DNA of 64,000 nucleotides from Mycoplasma sp. CAG:956 (GTDB lineage Bacteria; Bacillota_I; Bacilli_A; RF39; UBA660): NCBI GenBank assembly GCA_000433475.1, contig HF993083.1, positions 10,919 to 74,918 of the forward strand, read 5' to 3'. Shown piece by piece: positions 48,433 to 57,677 of this stretch (position 1 is its first letter; each line of letters starts with the position of its first letter). The notes under the pieces were generated by a model. It saw only the letters and a program-made list of their open reading frames with translations, ran no database searches and was not told where the DNA came from. The position numbers and the translations under genes were made by a program.

Positions 48433-48719
48433 AGATACATTTGATTGTTAGATGTTTTGACCTCGGTCCATATTTTAATTTTTTAGAAATGGAAGGAGGT
48501 TGGTCCTAGAATGAAGGAAAAGGATGGAGTATTTGGTTGCTCTTATTGTTATATTGGTCTTAATCGACAAAATAACAAATTCCAACAAAAGGGATTAGTT
48601 TTTAACTTAAAAAAGGGGGAAACTAAAAAACATCTACTCAAGCTTATGAATAGATGTTTTTCACACTTTAATTATTAATGGGCTGAGAAACATCTAACAT
48701 GCAAAAATCAAATGTATCT
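48433..48719 (+). ncRNA. Candidate structured RNA / tightly folded small mRNA
   Basis: Three stacked long-range helices: 48433..48446 with 48706..48719 (14 bp), 48447..48457 with 48688..48698 (11 bp), 48462..48470 with 48679..48687 (9 bp, two G-U pairs valid only for a + strand transcript). T run after 48719. Confidence 0.45.
48511..48678 (+). CDS. 55-aa basic CxxC...CxxH miniprotein ORF enclosed by the fold
   Basis: ggaaggagg RBS 11 nt upstream; MKEKDGVFGCSYCYIGLNRQNNKFQQKGLVFNLKKGETKKHLLKLMNRCFSHFNY; below the size cutoff of the supplied ORF track. Confidence 0.35.
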   Translation: MKEKDGVFGCSYCYIGLNRQNNKFQQKGLVFNLKKGETKKHLLKLMNRCFSHFNY

Positions 48720-48781
48720 CTTTTTAAATTTTAAGAACAACCAAGTTCTTTCACTAAGTAGTATAGCATATTTTTTGATTT

Positions 48782-48811
48782 TTGCAACTACCTGGGGTCC
48801 ATTACTATAAT
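48782..48811 (+). promoter_or_regulatory. Sigma-A type promoter upstream of 48945 gene
   Basis: TTGCAA - 18 nt - TATAAT. Confidence 0.55.
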
Positions 48812-48944
48812 ATTTAATTTCAGAAAAAATATACATTATCATTAATAAATTATAAAATACAAATTTTACTTTAGATAAATTTATTTTCTACTTTTAAAAG
48901 CCTAAAATTATGGTATACTATTGGTAGAATAGTAGGTGAAGATA

Positions 48945-49781
48945 ATGGATATATTTATTTCGATTGGTTTTGATACTGCTATTAAGAAGTATGTTTTGTT
49001 TACTGAAAAAAATCATCATGATTTAGCAACAGATTATTTAGTGTATGTTATGATGATGCTAATATTTATATATGGTAAAGCCGATATTATGAATCCTTAT
49101 CTTGCTCGTCATAAAAATGGAGCTGCTAATCTGTTGCATAATCTTACTAAATATGGTTTAAGTGAAGAAAAAGTAAATAAATTTTTTAATGATCTTAATA
49201 ACTATTTAGAAAGAGATAATTATAATAAAGTTTATAATTTGTATAAAAATCCATATTTTCTAATAATATTAGAAGATTTAATAGATATGTTTTATTTAAA
49301 AACTTTGTGTGTTGATGTTAGTAAAGAAGAAATGAAGAAGTTTAAAAATCTATTATATTCTTCAAAAAATAGTAATTCAGCTTGTCGTAAGTTAAATGAA
49401 TTATATAATACTAATCCAGATGGGGCTTTAGTTTATTATAGTAATATTTTTAGTAGAAAAGATTATGCTTTAATGATGATACCTAAGAAAGATAAAATAC
49501 TGGATATGAGTGTTTATAAACTATTTAATCTTAGTGAAACTGATATAGTTAAAGTAAATAATGCTACTTTAGAAGAAATTAATAATGGGATATATAATTA
49601 TTTTCATATAAATCCGATAGGAATAAGGGCTTATGATAAGTTAATGGCTAAGGTTAATAAACTTAGTAATACTAAGTATCGTTTAGCGGATAATAGTGGT
49701 AGTATTAATTTAATTATGTTTGCTAGTTTCTTTGGATTTGTTATAATTCTAGGAATTACGATAGGACTTATGTTAGTATGA
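48945..49781 (+). CDS. Hypothetical protein with C-terminal TM anchor
   Basis: ATG 48945 after taggtgaag RBS (track start GTG 48936); C-terminal INLIMFASFFGFVIILGITIGLMLV. Confidence 0.5.
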   Translation: MDIFISIGFDTAIKKYVLFTEKNHHDLATDYLVYVMMMLIFIYGKADIMNPYLARHKNGAANLLHNLTKYGLSEEKVNKFFNDLNNYLERDNYNKVYNLYKNPYFLIILEDLIDMFYLKTLCVDVSKEEMKKFKNLLYSSKNSNSACRKLNELYNTNPDGALVYYSNIFSRKDYALMMIPKKDKILDMSVYKLFNLSETDIVKVNNATLEEINNGIYNYFHINPIGIRAYDKLMAKVNKLSNTKYRLADNSGSINLIMFASFFGFVIILGITIGLMLV

Positions 49782-50065
49782 AAACAAAGGTAATTAATGA
49801 TATAACTTATTATGTTATAAAAGATGCTAATGATATATTAAGTAATATGGATATAAGTGAGAAATTAACAGAGTATTTTGATGATTTTGATTATATTGTT
49901 GGGGATATAAGTTATAGTGCTATAAGACTTAAAGGGTTTTATCGAGATAGTAAGAGTAATAATAAGTTTAATAAAATAAGTTTTTTAGATAATTATTTGG
50001 AAAAATATTGTTCTTATGGAGCAAAATGGTTTATAATTAGTAAGATTTATAAAGATATAAAATAA
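49778..50065 (+). CDS. YutD-like (DUF1027) protein
   Basis: DYIVGDISYSAIRLKGFY pattern; ATGA overlap with upstream gene. Confidence 0.55.
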   Translation: MKTKVINDITYYVIKDANDILSNMDISEKLTEYFDDFDYIVGDISYSAIRLKGFYRDSKSNNKFNKISFLDNYLEKYCSYGAKWFIISKIYKDIK

Positions 50066-50074
50066 GAGTAAAGG

Positions 50075-50845
50075 ATGGTTAATGTGATAGAAAAAATTGA
50101 GATATTAAAGGATAATAATGATAAGTTAATAGTAGATGCCATAAGTGCTTTTAGTATTGAATTTAATAATTTAGTACATAATTTTTGTATTGCTACAAGT
50201 AATGAATTAGATCAGAATGGTTTAGTAAAACTTTTAGTTAGTGAAATTACAGATAATGGTCTAATTAAAATAAGCGATGAAGGCTTATGGGGCGAAGTTA
50301 AAAATGTTATGCGTGCGATTATAAGTGGCAGTAGCTATAATTATACTTATACGAAGATGCCAAAAAGTATCAAAGCTACTAATGATTTTTCAAGAATAAT
50401 CGCTGTTCAAGAAGCTGCTAAAACTCAGTTAATTAGTGATTATATGGCAAAGAAACCTGCTGATGATGTAGTACCAGTCGTTTCTGATAGTTTAATTAAT
50501 AATCCAGCTATTTATCCAACAGAGACTCCTGATGGGGCAATTGGACAAGAAGTGACACCTGGTATTTCGGTTGATACATCAACGGTAGCTGGTCAACCTA
50601 AAGTAGAAGAGGCAGTAAAACCAGTTAATGTTATGGATGTACCTCAAGTAGATACGGTATCAAAAGAACCAGACGTTTCAATGGATGATTTAGTAAAACA
50701 AGCTATTGAAAAAAGCGAAGAACCAACTGCCTTTGATAGACAAGAAGAAGAAAAAAATCTAGCTATTGATGCTACTAAATTAGTTAATGAATTAGAAAAT
50801 TATATTAGATTAGTAGTAAAAGATGAAATTAAAAGTAATAAATAA
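50075..50845 (+). CDS. Hypothetical protein with Pro/Val/Glu-rich linker
   Basis: 256-codon ORF, RBS aaagg; no secure motif. Confidence 0.45.
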   Translation: MVNVIEKIEILKDNNDKLIVDAISAFSIEFNNLVHNFCIATSNELDQNGLVKLLVSEITDNGLIKISDEGLWGEVKNVMRAIISGSSYNYTYTKMPKSIKATNDFSRIIAVQEAAKTQLISDYMAKKPADDVVPVVSDSLINNPAIYPTETPDGAIGQEVTPGISVDTSTVAGQPKVEEAVKPVNVMDVPQVDTVSKEPDVSMDDLVKQAIEKSEEPTAFDRQEEEKNLAIDATKLVNELENYIRLVVKDEIKSNK

Positions 50846-50847
50846 TT

Positions 50848-50883
50848 AAGAAAGTTTTACTTGTGGTAAGACTTTCTTTTGAT
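50848..50883 (+). terminator. Rho-independent terminator
   Basis: aagaaagttttac ttgtg gtaagactttctt then T run. Confidence 0.65.
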
Positions 50884-50998
50884 ATAAAAATGGATTTTGA
50901 AGAATATTATTTAATTGATATTGCTGGTCATTATAAAAAATGATAATATAAAAACAAATAGGGTTATTAATAACTTTATGATTATGGGAGTGAATGTT

Positions 50999-51697
50999 AT
51001 GGGACCATTAGTATTTTGGCTAGGAAGTATATTGGAATCTTTTATTTTTACTAGGCTTAATTCGAGAAGGTTATATAAAGATTTAGCTGATAGGGGCTAT
51101 AAGCTTAAGTATATGGATGGTCAAAAAATAAAGTTAAAAGAATCGCCAGTATGTATGCGTTTTATTCCTTTTTTTAATCTTTTAGATACAGCTGATAGTA
51201 TTTTGGAATATAACTATTTATTGGATAATACAATAGAGTATTTAAAAAATGAAAATATGATTTCATTAATGACTCAAAAAGAAAGAGAATATTATAAACA
51301 AAATCCTACTATTAAAACGGCTTTATTTATAGCTGAAAAAGATTATGAACAAAGAAGATTTGGCAATAAAATTATTTTAAAGGGTGATACTTCTGACTCA
51401 GTTATTACTTACTACTATGATTTTACTGAAAATAGTATTGAAATTTTATCTTGTACAGGTGAAATTACTAAGTTAGATGCTGATGATATTATGGAAATTA
51501 CTATAACTCTTTTAGAAAATTGTTTATATGAGTATTATGCAAAGTATGGAGGGGTTGATAAGTATTACCAAGCCATCATGGATGGTAGAGAAAAAAATAG
51601 TATTATTATAGTTAGAGGAATAATAGAGGCTTTAGATGAAGCTGATTTAGAATATGAGAACCAAAGAAAATTAAGTAAAAAACCTAAAGACAATTAG
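50999..51697 (+). CDS. Hypothetical protein with N-terminal TM
   Basis: ATG 50999 after gggagtg RBS (track ORF starts at TTG 50915). Confidence 0.45.
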   Translation: MGPLVFWLGSILESFIFTRLNSRRLYKDLADRGYKLKYMDGQKIKLKESPVCMRFIPFFNLLDTADSILEYNYLLDNTIEYLKNENMISLMTQKEREYYKQNPTIKTALFIAEKDYEQRRFGNKIILKGDTSDSVITYYYDFTENSIEILSCTGEITKLDADDIMEITITLLENCLYEYYAKYGGVDKYYQAIMDGREKNSIIIVRGIIEALDEADLEYENQRKLSKKPKDN

Positions 51698-51722
51698 ATT
51701 TTAAGGAAAGGAGGTCATACTT

Positions 51723-52826
51723 ATGAATTATTTTGCTTTTACTTATAAGTATAAAGATGTAACTTATAAAGAGAAGAAAGAAACGGAAATAGATATATTA
51801 TTATTAAGTCAATTAGCTTATTTACCAATGGATAATATTAATTTTAAAAATAATAAAAAATATTCTTTAAAAGAAATAGCTGATAATATTGATAGACAAG
51901 TATTTTTAAAATCACTTATTGCTCAACGTAATGCTTTAAAGTTATTAGATACGATTAAAGATTTACCGAGGTTTAAGGATATAAAAGTAACTTGTTATGA
52001 GTATGAAGCTGATATTAATTCTCAATTTGGGGCAGTTACTTTTTTGCTTCCTAATAAAAAAATTATTATTGCTTTTCAGGGGACAGATGATACTATTTCT
52101 GGCTGGAAAGAAGATGCTTGCCTTTCTTATTTGTATCCAACCACTTCTCAAGAAATGGCAGGAAATTATGTTGAAAAAATTATTAGTAAATTTAAGCACC
52201 CTGTTATTATTTGTGGACATTCGAAGGGTGGTAATTTGGCTTTAGTAGGAGCTATTAGAACAACTATTTTAAAAAAGTTAGCTATAAAAGAAATCTATTC
52301 TTTTGATGGACCTGGTTTAAGAGAAAAAGAATTTGAAAGCTTAAATTATAAATTAGTAAAAAGCAAGTTACATAATATTATTCCTGATGAAAGCTTGGTA
52401 GGAGTATTATTTAATCAAGAAAATTTGGATGTTGTTAAAAGTAGTGAAGTAGGAATTATGCAACATGCTGCAAATACTTGGCAAGTAGAAGATGATAGAT
52501 TTGTAAGGACAACTAAGAGTGCTTTAAGTGATAATTTAGATAAAGCTATTTATGATTGGCTTTTTAACTATGATCTTGAAACTCGTAAGTTAATTATTGA
52601 TGAGACTTTTGGACTTTTAGAAAAGAGTAATATTAAAAGAGTTAGTGATATTAGTGAAAACTATTTAAAGAGTTTATTTGAAATATTAAAAGCTAGTAAA
52701 ACATTAGATAATAAATCAAAAGTAGTAATATTTAACTGTTTAAAGTTATTAAGTACTACTTTATCAAAGACTCTAATTAATATGGAACTTACTAAGTTAA
52801 AGGAAAAAATAAATTTTAATAAATAA
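51723..52826 (+). CDS. DUF2974 (Mbeg1-like) alpha/beta-hydrolase/lipase-like protein
   Basis: AFQGTDDTISGWKEDA and nucleophile elbow ICGHSKGGNLA. Confidence 0.7.
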   Translation: MNYFAFTYKYKDVTYKEKKETEIDILLLSQLAYLPMDNINFKNNKKYSLKEIADNIDRQVFLKSLIAQRNALKLLDTIKDLPRFKDIKVTCYEYEADINSQFGAVTFLLPNKKIIIAFQGTDDTISGWKEDACLSYLYPTTSQEMAGNYVEKIISKFKHPVIICGHSKGGNLALVGAIRTTILKKLAIKEIYSFDGPGLREKEFESLNYKLVKSKLHNIIPDESLVGVLFNQENLDVVKSSEVGIMQHAANTWQVEDDRFVRTTKSALSDNLDKAIYDWLFNYDLETRKLIIDETFGLLEKSNIKRVSDISENYLKSLFEILKASKTLDNKSKVVIFNCLKLLSTTLSKTLINMELTKLKEKINFNK

Positions 52827-52919
52827 TATGTTTTACTTAAGATAAACATATAGAAAATAACTATTTCCAAGTCATAAATAATTTGCTATAATCTAGTTAG
52901 AAGATAAGGGTGTAGTAAG

Positions 52920-54200
52920 ATGAACAATTTCTATAATGCAGATAAATACTTTTTAGTTGATACAGTTCGTGGTAATTTAAAGGCTAGTAATATTAATTTA
53001 GTGCCACTTAGTAATGTAGCAATTAATTTATACAATCGAAGAACTTTTAAAGTTTTAAGTAAAAAGAGATTAGTTGATGAAGAAGCTGGTAAGGAATCTT
53101 TCATGCCTATTGAATCTCTAGGTTTTTTACATACTAGTAATAGTCCTTATCAAGATGATTTAGATGTTATTGATTATGAAGTATTAAAACTTTTAGGGAT
53201 AAATGCTATGCCTGCTTTTCATTTGTTAACACAAGATAAACAAAGAGGTTCTATTCTTATAAGTGCCTTAAATTTAAGTGATGAGGTTTATACTTTAGAA
53301 GATTTATCGAAAAAAATAGTTATAATGATTAGAGAACAAAAATTAACTATTCCCGAGTTTTTAACTAATTATATTCATTTAAATGGTAGTAGTAAAAATA
53401 GTCCTATTATGGATATGAAAGATATAAAAGAATTAATTGATTTTCCTATTAATATAATTAGTTATGTTTTTAATTTAGATAGTAAGTCTTTATATAAGAT
53501 AAAATTAAATTATATTAATTACTTACTGGGAATGTATGCGGTTAATCAAAATAGTATTGAATTAAATACTTATGGTGTTTATAAAAGTAAGACTTCTAGC
53601 ATAATATGTATGTTACCTGCATTTAATTATTGTAAGTCGATGGAAAGAAGTAGTATTATTAATTTAAATAATAAGTATGTTGATAAAGAAGCTTTTTTAA
53701 ATACTTTATTTAATAATTATTATGAGTTCTTTAAGGATATTAGTAGAGGACTTATGGAAAATGTTTCGGCTTATAAAAAGAGTATGAATATGATAATAGA
53801 TAATAATACTTCAAAAAGAGATGCTGCTTTTATTACTGAGCTTATTTTTGATGCTATTAATAATATTGTTTCTCTAGAAGAAGAGCATCGCTTGAGTTTT
53901 GGAGAGTCGAGAATAGATATGGCTCTTACCCAAACTAGTATTAATTTAAATGCAGTTAATCATAATCAAGAAGTAAGAAATAAATACGAACAAGTAGAGG
54001 AACATTATAAAGTTATTGGGGATGTTAATCCTAAAGAAGAACCAGTAGTTGAAAAAGAAATGGTCAAAGTAAAGGTGGAAGAAGAAAAAACTCCTAAAAA
54101 AGGTCATTTGGGTTCTATTGTTTTAGCTATCTTTATTATTCTAGTTATAGTTGCTATTGGTTTTGGAGCTTATTATTTCCTTACTAATTATATAGATTGA
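52920..54200 (+). CDS. Hypothetical protein with C-terminal TM anchor
   Basis: 426-codon ORF ending in GSIVLAIFIILVIVAIGFGAYYFL. Confidence 0.5.
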   Translation: MNNFYNADKYFLVDTVRGNLKASNINLVPLSNVAINLYNRRTFKVLSKKRLVDEEAGKESFMPIESLGFLHTSNSPYQDDLDVIDYEVLKLLGINAMPAFHLLTQDKQRGSILISALNLSDEVYTLEDLSKKIVIMIREQKLTIPEFLTNYIHLNGSSKNSPIMDMKDIKELIDFPINIISYVFNLDSKSLYKIKLNYINYLLGMYAVNQNSIELNTYGVYKSKTSSIICMLPAFNYCKSMERSSIINLNNKYVDKEAFLNTLFNNYYEFFKDISRGLMENVSAYKKSMNMIIDNNTSKRDAAFITELIFDAINNIVSLEEEHRLSFGESRIDMALTQTSINLNAVNHNQEVRNKYEQVEEHYKVIGDVNPKEEPVVEKEMVKVKVEEEKTPKKGHLGSIVLAIFIILVIVAIGFGAYYFLTNYID

Positions 54201-54242
54201 TTTTTTGTTATTTTTATGATAAAACTTAGGTAGGTGGTTATT

Positions 54243-54707
54243 ATGTTGATTACTGTTGAAAAACAAGAAATAGGTCCCGTTTATAAAAAAGTTTTGGAAT
54301 TTAAAAAAAAATATCATGGTGGTATTCATTGGCGTTTAAATAAGCATGCTGCTGTTATTGAAAGACATTTAAATCCTGGTGAAGAAGTATTGTATGCTTT
54401 TCCAGCTCAAAAAAATGAATCACATAAGGACATATTTAGTACTTGTGTTTTAGCTTTAACAAATAAAAGAATTTTAATTGGTCAATCAAGGGTTATAGCA
54501 GGTTATGCCCTAACTTCTATTACTCCAGATTTATTTAATGATTTAGAGGTATATGAGGGACTTATTTGGGGAATTATAACAATTGATACAGTCAAAGAAA
54601 TAGTAAATTTAAGTAATATTGATAAAAAGGCATTACCAGAAATAGAAACTAATATTACAGAATTTATGATGGCAGAAAAGAAAAAATATGTTATTAAAAA
54701 TGATTAA
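54243..54707 (+). CDS. Hypothetical protein (possible bacterial PH-like domain)
   Basis: GEEVLYAFPAQKN...VLALTNKRILIGQ pattern resembles bPH/YokE-like folds; weak. Confidence 0.35.
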   Translation: MLITVEKQEIGPVYKKVLEFKKKYHGGIHWRLNKHAAVIERHLNPGEEVLYAFPAQKNESHKDIFSTCVLALTNKRILIGQSRVIAGYALTSITPDLFNDLEVYEGLIWGIITIDTVKEIVNLSNIDKKALPEIETNITEFMMAEKKKYVIKND

Positions 54708-54743
54708 CATAAAATAATAATGGTCATATCCTACTAATAGGAT

Positions 54744-55205
54744 GTGATTTTTTATATGTATGATAAATATACGGTAGGTTATAATGAGACTTTAAATGAT
54801 ATTGCAGGTAAGTTTAATACAACAAAAGAAGAATTATTAAGTATTAATAATATTTATAATGAAGAGTATTTAAGAGCAGGTATGGATATTGCGGTTCCTA
54901 TAAGTAATGATTATTTTACAACTTATACAGTTAATAGTGGAGACAATTTATATGCCATAGCAAGAAGATATAATATAAATCCAACATTACTAGCAGCTTT
55001 AAATGGGTTAAATATGGATGATTATATTTATCCTAATCAAAAAATAATGATTCCTAAAAGTGGGTATAGTTTTTATATAACTAAAGATGGTGATACTTTA
55101 AGTACAGTAGCTGATAAGTTTAAAAGAAGTATTAGTGAACTAACTAGTATGAATGGAACAATTTATTTACTTCCAGGACAATTAATGATTAATAGAACTA
55201 AGTAA
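54744..55205 (+). CDS. Triple LysM-domain protein
   Basis: Three repeats: YTVGYNETLNDIAGKFN, YTVNSGDNLYAIARRYN, YITKDGDTLSTVADKFK; start uncertain (GTG 54744 or ATG 54756). Confidence 0.8.
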   Translation: MIFYMYDKYTVGYNETLNDIAGKFNTTKEELLSINNIYNEEYLRAGMDIAVPISNDYFTTYTVNSGDNLYAIARRYNINPTLLAALNGLNMDDYIYPNQKIMIPKSGYSFYITKDGDTLSTVADKFKRSISELTSMNGTIYLLPGQLMINRTK

Positions 55206-55305
55206 ATGGTTTAAGGCTGTTTACTTTTTATATTTCTTTTAGAAAAAAAATATGACTTGCTTAAAAGATAATGTTTTGATATATTTTAAGGGATAGAAAG
55301 TTTTT

Positions 55306-55974
55306 ATGGTTATTATGGATGATTTAAAGTATAATGAATACTTTGTTGAAAAGTATTATGATGCTGTTGAAAAGTATTTAGGAAAAAGTAATACTTCTTA
55401 TTCTAAAATGGCAGGTAATATCTTTGCAATGATTATTAAAGAATTAATAGAAAGTATTATAAAAGAAGGAAAGTTTCCTTATAAAGTATCAATAAATAAT
55501 TCTTATATTAAGAATCACAAGAGTGAATGGGACTTGTTGATTGTAGGAAAAAATGCTAGTGACCATGGTGTTAATGTGTATGATGAAGATGATATAAAAG
55601 CTATTATAGAATTAAAGACAGCTTCTTATTTTCAAAATACTAGTGTTAAAGAGTATCAGTCTTTAAGAGGGAAAGAATTAGATGATAAGAAAAAAATAAT
55701 GTTTGATAATATGAATAGTTATTTTAAACATATTAGTAAGGATTTAATTGGTAATGATAAGATTAGATATCTTTATATAACTTTGTTCCAGAATATTAAT
55801 TATAGTGATGAGTTAATTAAAGCTGTAAATAATATGACTAATAATAAAGGGAAGATTTCAGTCTTTATTTTTAATAAAGATAATGTTTATTATGATAAAG
55901 GCGAAAAAAATTTTAAGAATGATAAGTATTTGGAAGAGTCATTTAGTAAGTTTATTATTAGTGTTTTAGGATAG
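55306..55974 (+). CDS. Hypothetical protein with PD-(D/E)XK-like motif
   Basis: EWDLLIVGKN...(25 aa)...AIIELKT is a D...E-x-K arrangement on predicted strands; unverified. Confidence 0.35.
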   Translation: MVIMDDLKYNEYFVEKYYDAVEKYLGKSNTSYSKMAGNIFAMIIKELIESIIKEGKFPYKVSINNSYIKNHKSEWDLLIVGKNASDHGVNVYDEDDIKAIIELKTASYFQNTSVKEYQSLRGKELDDKKKIMFDNMNSYFKHISKDLIGNDKIRYLYITLFQNINYSDELIKAVNNMTNNKGKISVFIFNKDNVYYDKGEKNFKNDKYLEESFSKFIISVLG

Positions 55975-56089
55975 AAAAGTTTTACAAATATTAATTGCAA
56001 GTTAAATAATTATTATAAGTAAATCGCAAAAGACTTGTAAGTTTTAAAAACTTGTGATATAGTAGCAAATCAAAAGAGGTTGATTAAAT

Positions 56090-56641
56090 ATGAAAAAGAA
56101 AATTTTAGTGTTAGTAATGTCTTTATTACTTTTAAGTGGATGCAATAAATTTAAAGGTACTTGGTGTAGAAGCACAGAGGTTTTTGGAACTATTATAGTT
56201 ACGAAAACAGGGGTTACTGATAAACAAATTAGTAATATTGAAAATAAAATTAAAGAATTTGGCAATTATAAGTCATATGATATTATTGATTCTATTGAAA
56301 AAGGTAACACTTCTATTACAACATACTTTACTGAAAATGCTAAAGCAACAGAGCTTGTAGAGCTTGTTAAAAATTTAGATGGTGTTGATAAAGTGGAAAA
56401 GAAAAGTTTTATTGTTACTAGTGAAAAGTTGGAAGTAAAGGGTAAGAAACAATTTATTTATAGTACTAATTTAGATAATGTTGATGCTTTAGTAGAAAAG
56501 GGCGAATATTCTTTAAATGATGATGGAACTTTAAGCATTTATGGCGATAGAAATTTTTACTTAAAAGATAAATTTGTTTGTACTGATGCTGATTGTAATA
56601 ATATCTTAAGAAAGAAAAGCAAAACTAATACTTGCAAATAA
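56090..56641 (+). CDS. Lipoprotein
   Basis: Lipobox MKKKILVLVMSLLLLSGC. Confidence 0.7.
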   Translation: MKKKILVLVMSLLLLSGCNKFKGTWCRSTEVFGTIIVTKTGVTDKQISNIENKIKEFGNYKSYDIIDSIEKGNTSITTYFTENAKATELVELVKNLDGVDKVEKKSFIVTSEKLEVKGKKQFIYSTNLDNVDALVEKGEYSLNDDGTLSIYGDRNFYLKDKFVCTDADCNNILRKKSKTNTCK

Positions 56642-56656
56642 AGGAAGGTCATAAAA

Positions 56657-57199
56657 ATGAATAATGGAATTTTAAAAAAAGGTATAGATTTAGGCAAAAA
56701 GATAAGTGATACTCAAGTTTTTGAACATTACTTACAAGGAGTTGATAGCAATTTTAAAGATGAGGTTACAAAATATATAAAACCAGATTCTTTGGTTGTT
56801 TATAATTTATGTGTAGATGCTTGTTGTAATTATAAATTGTTTAAGGTTAAGGGTAAAAAATATATTAAGATTACTTTAACTAATCATTTAGATTATGCTA
56901 TTAGTGAAGAAGATAGAGTATGTATGCCTTATCTGGAGAATCTAGATTTTCCTTGTAAGACTATTACTATTGATTATGATGTTTTTTTGAAAGCATTAGA
57001 AATAAATAAGTTTACTTATTCTATTGATATTGATAAAGATAATTTTGAGATGATAGATGGTGGTAAATTAGATTATATTTATGGTCAATTAAATATTACT
57101 AAAAATCATTTACAAATGCCTAAAAGAACTGCTAAAGAGCAATCAAGAAGAAGATTATTGTTAAGAAAACTTTATCCAGATGATAAAAAATGGTTCTAA
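56657..57199 (+). CDS. Hypothetical protein
   Basis: 180-codon ORF, RBS aaggaagg; no motif. Confidence 0.4.
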   Translation: MNNGILKKGIDLGKKISDTQVFEHYLQGVDSNFKDEVTKYIKPDSLVVYNLCVDACCNYKLFKVKGKKYIKITLTNHLDYAISEEDRVCMPYLENLDFPCKTITIDYDVFLKALEINKFTYSIDIDKDNFEMIDGGKLDYIYGQLNITKNHLQMPKRTAKEQSRRRLLLRKLYPDDKKWF

Positions 57200-57203
57200 G
57201 TTA

Positions 57204-57232
57204 TTGACATTAGAAGAAAATAGAAATAAAAT
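57204..57232 (+). promoter_or_regulatory. Sigma-A type promoter of thrS leader
   Basis: TTGACA - 17 nt - TAAAAT. Confidence 0.65.
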
Positions 57233-57239
57233 TAATTTA

Positions 57240-57443
57240 ACAATTTTGATTAGGACGAGATTATTTAAAAATCTTTTTAAAGAGAGTTTACTGGTGGTGA
57301 GAGGTAAATAAAAGAGTTAAATAGTTACTACCTATGAATTGGCTAGCAAAACTAGTCCGGCATAGCCGTTATAGTAATTAAGTATAATGAAGGATGGTAC
57401 CGCATTAATTGCTCCTTTTGGTGGGGCATTAGTGCGTTTTTTT
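57240..57443 (+). promoter_or_regulatory. T-box leader, Thr specifier
   Basis: AGAGA box 57281, adjacent Thr codons ACT ACC at 57327..57332, T-box ggatggtaccgca (57392..57404), terminator cgcattaat/attagtgcg + T7. Confidence 0.8.
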
Positions 57444-57458
57444 ATTGGAGGTGTAAAG

Positions 57459-57677
57459 TTGACGTTTGCGGAGGAACAGAAATTAAGAAATTTAATAGAA
57501 GAATACAATGTTATAAGTAAGGCCTTGCTTACAGCTCCAACACTAAAAAATAAAATTGCTCTTTATGAAATGTTAGAGGAAGTAAAAAGTGATTTATCCG
57601 TTTTTAGTTACGAGTATAATGCTAAACCATTAATTAAAAAAATATTAGAAAGAGGAAAATATTATGATAAATATTAA
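57459..57677 (+). CDS. Small helical protein between T-box terminator and thrS
   Basis: TTG start 8 nt after ggaggt; 72 codons; overlaps the thrS ATG by 14 nt. The track version from ATG 57387 would run through the T-box terminator. Confidence 0.35.
   Translation: MTFAEEQKLRNLIEEYNVISKALLTAPTLKNKIALYEMLEEVKSDLSVFSYEYNAKPLIKKILERGKYYDKY

Noticed and set aside
48433-48719. Interpreting the inverted ends as MITE/IS terminal inverted repeats
   Set aside because: One helix depends on G-U pairs, which would be mismatches in DNA. No flanking target-site duplication is visible and no second copy exists in the window. It is kept as a lower-probability alternative rather than fully excluded.
48364-48935. 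tmRNA, RNase P RNA, SRP RNA or 6S RNA in the large gap
   Set aside because: No GGGG...CCA tRNA-like ends or tag ORF (tmRNA). No GAGGAAAGTCC-type P4 sequence (RNase P). No GGAA-tetraloop domain IV motif (SRP). The fold is not the single bulged rod of 6S. This is by eye only, so an Infernal scan is still needed.
57387-57677. 96-codon ORF as given in the track (ATG 57387)
   Set aside because: Its first 24 codons run through the T-box sequence and terminator hairpin. A TTG at 57459 with a proper RBS is the only plausible start if the ORF is real.
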